From Laetmonice hystrix (taxonomy: Eukaryota): a stretch of 64,000 nt of DNA. Shown piece by piece: positions 36,301-64,000 of this stretch. The notes beneath the pieces are model-generated. The model was not told where the DNA came from and ran no database searches. It was given only the letters and a program-made list of their open reading frames with translations. Each line of letters opens with the position of its first letter. The first letter of the stretch is position 1. The DNA is taken from the NCBI GenBank assembly GCA_965235115.1, contig OZ249442.1, forward strand, positions 1,798,001-1,862,000, given 5' to 3'. Position numbers and translations under genes: made by a program.

Positions 36301-38114
36301 TTCAAATTCCCGGGGGGAATTCGGGAGGGGGGAATTTCAAAACGTTACACCGGGGACGACTCATTATGGCATTGTCAATATCGGTGTCCCATGACTGATG
36401 CAGCACTATTAAAACTGCGTATACGCAATCCAGTCCAACTCAGCTCAACTCTTCAAACTATGAAAACACCTACTCACAGCTATATAGGTGCTAGGGTTGT
36501 GTGTTTTGTAAAGAATAAATTTTAATTTTTTTTATATGTGAAAATCACGAAACGAAAATTAACCAACGCGATATGTCTTTCCAGAGTATACCTAAAGGTA
36601 TATTCTATATTTATCTCTCCGTTTCAGTTCGCCGGGCCCTGCACTATACCCGCAGTCGGGAGGACGACTCCGCGAGCCTGGAGAAGAGTTGGGAGGACAG
36701 CTGGGAGGACAGCCGGGAGTACAGCCGGGAGAACAGCCGGGAGTACAGCCGGGAGGACAGTCGGGAGTACAGTCGGGAGTACAGCCGGGAGGACAGTCGG
36801 GAGGACAGTCGGGAGGACAGCCGGGAGGACGACCGTTCATTCCGGAGTACTGATAGACCAACCTACCACCGGCGCCGCTCAAACAATCATTACAGTTCCC
36901 ATCATCTCCGCCGGAGGAGCTCTGCCCGCCAGGACCGACATACACCAGGGCAGTTACTAACAGCGCAAAAATCAACCCTGCACAGAAAAAGGAAAGTGAG
37001 GAAAATAAAACGCTACGAGAGATACCCAGCTTCACATCTCAGCTATGAACGGCTTGCTGATAAAGTTTCCGAGTACAGCAAACCGACAGAGTATTCTGTC
37101 CCCTTGCGGCCAGTACGAAAACCTCACGACGATCATGGTTATTTCCCGGGAGGGAGTTTAAAACAGCACAGACAAGATAAGTTTTACCGAGACCGTTCAC
37201 GACTGTCGAGTTCGGGATTCAAAGTGTTCCACCAGTCCCCTGTTGTGAGCGGTCAGGGAACCTACCATAGTGGACGTCAGTCCCGCCAGGATGACCGCTA
37301 CAGTCCTTACATTGTGGACCACCATCAGGAGGACATGTACAGGACCATCCATGTCGACAACACCCCATACTACCGCCAACCCATCACAGCTAATGTCTAC
37401 GAGTCTGACCACCAGCCCGCTGACCACCACCAGCCCGCTGACCACCACCAGCCCGCTGACCACCAGCCCGCTGACCACCAGCTACAGGAGGTTCACGCCA
37501 AGGGGTACGATACTGTGGACCGTCACAACCCAGAAGGCCACGACAACCATCACAATGACGACGTCACCCACAGCTATGAGCGCTACCGTCACATAAACTA
37601 CGATCGTGTTCCTAGAGACGGCAAATCGTACCACCGGGAATGGCAGCAATCGCAATCTTCCAGTCACCAAAGTATGGATGACGATTCGCAGTTATATTAT
37701 GACACAGGCCAGGCCCACAGTGACACCACTTACCGCAGTGCCCGAACTCCTCACTCTGATCGCACCGAACTTTCTCACATAGATTCAACTCTGATGGCGA
37801 ACACCAAACAACATCCGCTCGCATCTCTAAAACATGCCAAGATCAAATTTATCTGCAACAGTTTCAACCGAAATCTAGAAGTTGTTCGCAGTCAGATCCG
37901 GCGACGGCGGAGTACGGGCGAGGACGACCGAAATCTAGAAGTTGTTGGCAGTCAGACCCGGCGACGGCGGAGTACGAGAGAGGACGATAGACAAGTAAAC
38001 CTTTACGTACACGTGCCTGATGACCGACCTAAACCCATCATCCATCACTTCGGACCGAAACTGGTTTTTCTGTGCATAGCTAACACCAACAAAAGGGATA
38101 CCGCAGGGACTTAA
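33377..38114 (+). CDS. Unrecognised secreted low-complexity protein, about 530 aa, two coding exons
   Basis: Exon 33377-33482 (GACACC-ATG; MRAVCKSQRTLLVWVLVFVFLSTAIARRSRRRSTT, signal-peptide-like, donor AG/GTATGT, phase 1) joins acceptor ccgtttcag/TT at 36628 in the frame of the 36573-38114 ORF. Contains SRED/SREY repeats, DHHQPA repeats and RRRRS sites. Confidence 0.75.
33494..33692. repeat. 40-bp repeat x5 just after the signal-peptide exon donor
   Basis: cttccgttcacgtcactggtagatcatcgacttggtctcg. Confidence 0.9.
34672..35673 (+). mobile_element. Decayed Tc1/mariner-type DNA transposon in intron 1 of the secreted-protein gene
   Basis: Long imperfect TIRs (taccgggtgggccaaaacattttggaac... 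/ ...tttccaaaatctttaggcccacccgata, over 100 bp) flanked by TA. Residual ORF 35041-35196 EKVYKGRKQK...LKEKIRERWEGITLEEVRKSAGIFKKRLRGVC followed by GGRIDHLF resembles a transposase C-terminus. Confidence 0.8.
35756..36355. mobile_element. Non-autonomous TIR element with subterminal repeats and an internal telomere-like (CCCTAA)n tract
   Basis: TIR ccccggtgtaacg...cgttacaccgggg; repeated ttgaaaacgttttcaaattcc subterminal motifs in both orientations; cctaacctaaacctaaccctaacccaaaccctaacc at about 36078-36126. No clear TSD. Confidence 0.7.
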
Positions 38115-38127
38115 CTGATATCGTATT

Positions 38128-38872
38128 AAGTTATACAAGTTACACAAGTATTAAAGCTGTGACTTTCGTAACTCAAGTTATACAAGTTACACAAGTATTA
38201 AAGCTGTGACTTTGGTAACTCAAGTTATACAAGTTACACAAGTATTAAAGCTGTGACTTTCGTAACTCAAGTTATACAAGTTACACAAGTATTAAAGCTG
38301 TGACTTTCGTAACTCAAGTTATACAAGTTACACAAGTATTAAAGCTGTGACTTTCGTAACTCAAGTTATACAAGTTACACAAGTATTAAAGCTGTGACTT
38401 TCGTAACTCAAGTTATACAAGTTACACAAGTATTAAAGCTGTGACTTTCGTAACTCAAGTTATACAAGTTACACAAGTATTAAAGCTGTGACTTTCGTAA
38501 CTCAAGTTATACAAGTTACACAAGTATTAAAGCTGTGACTTTCGTAACTCAAGTTATACAAGTTACACAAGTATTAAAGCTGTGACTTTCGTAACTCAAG
38601 TTATACAAGTTACACAAGTATTAAAGCTGTGACTTGAGTAACTCAAGTTATACAAGTTACACAAGTATTAAAGCTGTGACTTTCGTAACTCAAGTTATGC
38701 AAGTTACACAAGTATTAAAGCTGTGACTTTCGTAACTCAAGTTATACAAGTTACACAATTATTAAAGCTGTGACTTTCGTAACTCAAGTTATACAAGTTA
38801 CACAAGTATTAAAGCTGTGACTTTTGTAACTCAAGTTATACAAGTTACACAATTATTAAAGCTGTGACTTTC
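38128..38872. repeat. 47-bp minisatellite right after the secreted-protein stop
   Basis: aagttatacaagttacacaagtattaaagctgtgactttcgtaactc. Confidence 0.95.
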
Positions 38873-40226
38873 ACGGTTTTGGCGTGTACCGGGATATGGT
38901 AAGTAAACATGATCTCTTTGAGGCACCAGTGTATATTCACTACCTGGGCGATAAAATACCACTATATCTGGGGGGTTGGTACATGAAATCAAGGATATTT
39001 TCACGCCGCGACCTGATCTTATTAATCTAGTACGGTATACTCGTAAGAAATTGTATACCAAAAAAGATATACCCCCAGTTTATAGATCAAACGAAATCCA
39101 AACGAGAGAGAGAGTCAGTTCCCAAGGCACGTGCACAGTTATATGAGCCATAATTATATAGGCCTACACTTGAGAGGAAAAGCTACTTTGACCCCAAACC
39201 TTCACATAATTGTGACCCCAAACCTTCACATAACTGTGACCCCAAGCCTTCACATAACTGTGACCCCAAGCCTCACATAAAAAAAAAATAAATAAGTGGC
39301 ATTTAGCTCCATGTTACAGGATGAACATTTGGCGAGAATTTACGAAACGAGCAAAATATACTATTCATAACACTGACAAGTCGACATAGTAACGCGGAAA
39401 AGTAAGAGGTGTTGGGTGCACTTAGCCCATAGAATATTTAATAACTCTAGCCGTTATTCTTACCAATATAGTACACATAATATAATTATATACTTCATTT
39501 ACCGTGGGTGATAAAGCTAATGAGTAGGATTAAAATTAATGGATTAACTCGGCATATCTTTTTTAAAATATTCTGACCTGGATGAATCTCGTCGAGTATG
39601 GATTGAAATTTGACCAGGGTTACATTTCACTGCTCCAGAAATTTATATAAGGTCGGTGACCGTGAACACAGGTGATGGAAGTTGTTTAACGAGGTCATGT
39701 TTTGACTGGCGAGTTTAGGGAATCAATAAAGTTGTCATCATTATGTAGAACGACTTCGGGAATAAAGTTGTTACAAAACGAGTTTTGAGAATCAGTAAAT
39801 TTATTAATAAATACAAAACGAGTATAGCTAATCAATAAAGTTGTTTAGGGAATGAATAAAAGTATTTTACTATTTCGGGAGTTTCGGGACTAACTATTAT
39901 AAAGTTTATATTAATGTAAGAGTTTAGGAAATCAATAGAAATTGCTATTTTACTACTGGTTTTAGGGAATCAATTGAAGTTGCTATTTCATTACTGAGTT
40001 TCGGGAATCAATTAAAGTTGCTATTTCATTATTGAGCTTAGGGAATCAATAAAGTTGTATTTTATTATTGAGTTTAGGGAATCAATAAAGTTATTGAGTT
40101 TAGGAAATCAATAAAGTATTTATTATTACCATCACTTCACATCGTTTTGGCTTGCTGTCTCCTGACGTGATTCTGTGTTGGGTTTGTCCTGTCGTAACTC
40201 AAGTTCACTTCCCAATCTTCCCTTCA

Positions 40227-43200
40227 GGCTCTCCCTAACTCCTTCTCCCTAACCCGGACTCAGGCTCTCCCTAACTCCTTCTCCCTAACCCGGACTCAGG
40301 CTGTACTCAGGCTGTCCCTAACCCGAACTCAGGCTCTCCCTAAGCCGGACTCAGGCTCTCCCTAACCCGAACTCAGGCTGTCCCTAACCCGGACTCATTC
40401 TCCCTAACCCGGACTCAGGCTCCCCCTAACCCGGACTCATTCTCCCTAACCCGAACTCAGGCTGTCCCTAACCCGGACTCAGGCTCTCCCTAACCCGGAC
40501 TCAGGCTCCCCCTAACCCGGACTCAGGCTCTCCCTAACCCGAACTCAGGCTCTCCCTAACCCGGACTCAGGCTCTCCCTAACCCGAACTCAGGCTCTCCC
40601 TAACCCGGACTCAGGCTCTCCCTAACCCGGACTCAGGCTCCCCCTAACCCGGACTCAGGCTCTCCCTAACCCGGACTCAGGCTCTGTCTGACCCGGAATC
40701 AGGCTCTCCCTAACCCGGACTCAGGCTCTCCCTAACCCGGACTCAGGCTCTCCCTAACCCGGACTCATTCTCCCTAACCCGGACTCAGGCTCCCCCTAAC
40801 CCGGACTCAGGCTCTCCCTAACCCGGACTCAGGCTCTCCCTAACCCGGACTCAGGCTCTCCCTAACCCGGACTCAGGCTCTCCCTAACCCGGACTCAGGC
40901 TCCCCCTAACCCGGACTCAGGCTCTCCCTAACCCGGACTCAGGCTCTCCCTAACCCGGACTCAGGCTGTCCCTAACCCGAACTCAGGCTCTGTCTAACCC
41001 GAACTCAGGCTATCCCTAACCCGGACTCAGGCTGTACTCAGGCTCTCCCTAACCCGGACTCAGGCTCTCCCTAACCCGAACTCAGGCTCTCCCTAACCCG
41101 GACCCAGGCTCTCCCTAACCCGGACTCATTCTCCCTAACCCGGACTCAGGCTCTCCCTAACCCGAACTCAGGCTATCCCTAACCCGGACTCATTCTCTCT
41201 AACCCGAACTCAGGCTGTCCCTAACCCGGACTTAGGCTCTCCCTAACCCGGACTCAGGCTCTGTCTGACCCGGACTCAGGCTCTCCCTAACCCGGACTCA
41301 GGCTCTCCCTAACCCGGACTCAGGCTCCCCCTAACCCGGACTCAGGCTTTCCCTAACCCGGACTCAGGCTCTCCCTAACCCGGACTCAGGCTCCCCCTAA
41401 CCCGGACTCAGGCTCTCCCTAACCCGGACTCAGGCTCTCCCTAACCCGGACTCAGGCTCTCCCTAACCCGGACTCAGGCTCTCCCTAACCCGGACTCAGG
41501 CTGTCCCTAACCCGGACTCAGGCTCTCCCTAACCCGGACTCAGGCTGTCCCTAACCCGGACTCAGGCTCTCCCTAACCCGGACTCAGGCTCCCCCTAACC
41601 CGGACTCAGGCTCTCCCTAACCCGGACTCAGGCTCTCCCTAACCCGGACTCAGGCTCTCCCTAACCCGGACTCAGGCTCTCCCTAACCCGGACTCAGGCT
41701 CTCCCTAACCCGGACTCAGGCTCTCCCTAACCCGAACTCAGGCTCTCCCTAACCCGGACTCAGGCTCTGTCTGACCCGGACTCAGGCTCTCCCTAACCTG
41801 GACTCAGGCTCTCCCTAACCCGGACTCAGGCTCCCCCTAACCCGGACTCAGCCTCTCCCTAACCCGGACTCAGGCTCTCCCTAACCCGGACTCAGGCTCT
41901 GTCTGACCCGGACTCAGGCTCTCCCTAAGCTGGACTCAGGCTCTCCCTAACCCGGACTCAGGCTCCCCCTAACCCGGACTCAGGCTCTCCCTAACCCGGA
42001 CTCAGGCTCTCCCTAACCCGGACTCAGGCTCTCCCTAACCCGAACTCAGGCTCTCCCTAACCCGGACTCAGGCTCTCCCTAACCCGGACTCAGGCTGTCC
42101 CTAACCCGAACTCAGGCTCTGTCTAACCCGAACTCAGGCTATCCCTAACCCGAACTCAGGCTCTCCCTAACCCGGACTCAGGCTCTCCCTAACCCGGAAT
42201 CATTCTCCCTAACCCGGACTCAGGCTCTCCCTAACCCGAACTCAGGCTATCCCTAACCCGGACTCATTCTCCCTAACCCGAACTCAGGCTGTCCCTAACC
42301 CGGACTCAGGCTGTCCCTAACCCGGACTCAGGCTGTCCCTAACCCGGACTCAGACTGTCCCTAAACCGGACTCAGGCTCTCCCTAACCCGAACTCAGGCT
42401 CTCCCTAACCCGGACTCATTCTCCCTAACCCGGACTCAGGCTGTCCCTAACCCGAACTCAGGCTCTCCCTAACCCGGACTCATTCTCCCTAACCCGGACT
42501 CAGGCTGTCCCTAACCCGGACTCAGGCTGTCCCTAACCCAGACTCAGGCTGTCCCTAACCCGGACTCAGGCTCTGTCTAACCCGGACTCAGGCTCTCCTT
42601 AACCCGGACTCAGGCTCTCCCTAACCCGGACTCAGGCTGTCCCTAACCCGGACTCAGGCTGTCCCTAACCCGGACTCAGGCTGTCCCTAACCCGGACTCA
42701 GGCTCCCCCTAACCCGGACTCAGGCTCTCCCTAACCCAGACTCAGGCTGTCCCTAACCCGGACTCAGGCTCTCCCTAACCCGGACTCAGGCTCTCCCTAA
42801 CCCGGACTCAGGCTCTCCCTAACCCGGACTCAGGCTGTCCCTAACCCGGACTCAGGCTCTCCCTAACCCGAACTCATTCTCCCTAACCCGGACTCAGGCT
42901 CTCCCTAACCCGAACTCATTCTCCCTAACCCGGACTCAGGCTCTCCCTAACCCGGACTCAGGCTGTCCCTAACCCGGACTTAGGCTGTACTAAGGCTGTC
43001 CCTAACCCGGACTCAGGCTGTACTCAGGCTGTCCCTAACCCGGACTCAGGCTGTCCCTAACCCGGACTCAGGCTGTCCCTAACCCGGACTCAGGCTCTCC
43101 CTAACCCGGACTCAGGCTCTCCCTAACCCGAACACAGGCTCTCCCTAACCCGAACTCATTCTCCCTAACCCGAACTCAGGCCGTTCCTAACCCGAACTCA

Positions 43201-43586
43201 GGCTCTCCCTAACCCGAACTCATTCTCCCTAACCCGGACTCAGGCTCCCCCTGACCCGGACTCAGGCTCTCCCTAACCCGAACTCAGGCTGTTCCTAACC
43301 CGAACTTAGGCTCTGTCTAACCCGGACTCATTCTCCCTAACCCGAACTCAGGCTCTGTCTAACCCGAACTCAGGCTCTGTCTAACCCGGACTCAGGCTGT
43401 CCCTAACCCGGACTCATTCTCCCTAACCCGAACTCATTCTCCCTAACCCGGACTCAGGCTGTCCCTAACCCGGACTCAGGCTCTCCCTAACCCGGACTCA
43501 GGCTGTCCCTAACCCGGACTCAGGCTCTCCCTAACCCGGACTCAGGCTCTCCCTAACCCGGACTCAGGCTCTCCCTAACCCGAACT
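40227..43586. repeat. 22-bp satellite with a telomeric hexamer in each unit, about 150 copies
   Basis: ccctaacccggactcaggctct. Confidence 0.97.
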
Positions 43587-43940
43587 ATAACGGAGGAGGC
43601 GATTAGGGGGCCATCATGAGATTTTATGTGACCTCATCTGTTCCTAAAAGAAACCTTAAAAACACAAAAAACAACAGTTGTGCTAGCAGCAACATCACGT
43701 AACGTTTTAATCCGGTGTAAAAACAACATTTCAACAATCAATAGAAGTTGCTATTTTACTATTGAGTTCAACAGCTGTAAATGATCTCGAAGTAATTACT
43801 TGGCCCTCATACCCAAACATCATACTTGACCCCCCTGACCCGGGTTAGAGAATTCACCCTGAGGTCAACCGTACACCAATAAAACCTTTTCACATCCGTT
43901 CATTGCCCTAAACACCGTGTCAAGGGGAGACTGGGCAGAC

Positions 43941-45078
43941 TGCTGTCTGGACTGGAACTTTTGGCGATACAACCAAACTTTGGCGATACAACCAAACAGA
44001 TGCTACACCTGTTCTTGTAGACACACCAGATACTGTCTGGACTGGAACTTTTGGCGATACTACTAAACAGATGCTACATCTGTTCTTGTAGACACACCAG
44101 ATACTGTCTGGACTGGAACTTTTGGCGATACAACCAAACAGATGCTACATCTGTTCTTGTAGACACACCAGATACTGTCTGGACTGGGACCTTTGGCGAT
44201 ACAACCAAACAGATGCTACATCTGTTCTTGTAGACACACCAGATACTGTCTGGACTGGGACCTTTGGCGATACAACCAAACAGATGCTACATCTGTTCTT
44301 GTAGACACACCAGATACTGTCTGGACTGGAACTTTTGGCGATACAACCAAACAGATGCTACACCTGTTCTTGTAGACACACCAGATACTGTCTGGACTGG
44401 GACTTTTGGCGATACAACCAAACAGATGCTACATCTGTTCTTGTAGACACACCAGATACCAACCGTTACAAATTCACATTTACTGAGAGCTAACAACTGA
44501 GCAGTATTCCTCTACTGTGGACAATGTAATTAGCAAGGACCGCGGAACCGTTAAGGAAATGTTGGATGTCGGCGGGGGGGGGGGGGGGGGGGGGGGGGAG
44601 ATGGCCGCGATGCGACGCTTTGCGGTTAAGGTACCATAACATTTAGCAAATTTGATGTGTTTATACGTATATTCTGACGCATTTTTGCCGACGTAGACGT
44701 CGAAAAATTAATCTTAATTCTGTTGATAGTTTGTACCTGTGATTCGTTTTTTTGTTTCTGAGCTCTTAAAAAGTTAAGAAACGGGATAAATCCCGCCAGC
44801 ACCCCATCCTCCCCCCATCCTCCCCACCCCATCCTCCCCACCCCATCCTCCCCATCCTCCTCCCCCATCCTCCCCACCCCTATCCTCCCCATCCTCCTCC
44901 CCCATCCTCCCCACCCCATCCTCCCCATCCTCCTCCCCCATCCTCCCCACCCCATCCTCCTCCCCCCATCCTCCCCACCCCTATCCTCCCCACCTCATCC
45001 TCCCCACCCAATCCTCCTCTCCCCATCCTCCCCATCCTCCCCACCCCACCCTCCCCCCATCCTCCACATCCTCCCCCA
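43941..45078. repeat. 71-bp minisatellite (to about 44460), poly-G run, and (ccccatcctc)-type polypyrimidine tract (44805-45078)
   Basis: Direct reading; the stacked ORFs offset by 71 nt confirm the period. Confidence 0.9.
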
Positions 45079-45609
45079 TTCCGCAGTCCCATAACAAAAC
45101 AATGCGTTGCGTCGACAAAGTGAAATCCGCGCGGGAACTCCCTGGCGATAAAACTGACCACAACATTGCATCACAATGACCTTCACCTTGAACTGGTCAA
45201 CTCCCGTTTCCCACACCTATTCAGCCACCGACAGATCATGAGTGACACTTTAAACAAAGGCCAGGAATGTTTTCCACAACCTGTATCATAAGTTCTATTT
45301 TCATTCCCTATATTTGTTAGGGGCGGGCGGTGTTTTTTCGTTTTGTAGGGATGAGGAGGCGCTGTTAAAGTGACTTGTCTTTTTAAGGCAAGAATGTTAA
45401 TTATAAAGATTTAAAAATCTACCCATTCCTCCACACCAACACTACATCTCCTTCTACTCTCACTCCCTCATTAGTCTTAAAATGTCATAATTGATCTCCA
45501 CTCTGGGGTCAGGCCCATGTTCCGTTTTGTATTTGTGCGGTCTAGTATTTCTATCAGTATCACACTTGAGACCACTATCAACATTAGCCGTAATCTAAAA
45601 ACTGGGGCG

Positions 45610-64000
<18,391 letters not shown>

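Noticed and set aside
36592-37824. Antisense ORFs over the secreted-protein exon (147 aa with PPDC/PGC repeats, others)
   Set aside because: Mirror frames of the repetitive sense ORF; no independent splice or homology support.

Overview
Animal (invertebrate, probably bilaterian; taxon not determinable) genomic DNA, intron-rich and extremely minisatellite-rich: more than 30 unrelated tandem arrays cover roughly 29 kb (about 45%, hand estimate). Five protein genes can be built by hand from splice signals and homology. (1) VPS35, minus strand, exons 1-8, running off the left edge. (2) GFOD1, minus strand, intronless CDS. (3) A plus-strand methionine sulfoxide reductase A that the ORF track misses because its catalytic Cys codon is an in-frame TGA (GMS-U-FW); a type II SECIS-like hairpin lies 1.1 kb past the stop, so it is very likely a selenoprotein MsrA. 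(4) An unrecognised secreted low-complexity protein of about 530 aa (signal-peptide exon plus a 1.5 kb exon with S-x-E repeats, His/Asp repeats and polybasic sites). (5) Alanine aminotransferase (GPT), minus strand, running off the right edge, with two paralogous versions of one internal exon (likely mutually exclusive) separated by an intron holding a 14-bp inverted CTCF-like pair. Also present: a rearranged 1.2 kb BEL/Pao LTR-retroelement derivative with intact 5-bp TSD inside a satellite, a decayed Tc1/mariner element and several MITEs. Several minisatellites span exon-intron junctions and multiply real splice sites. Coordinates were counted by hand; array edges are approximate.
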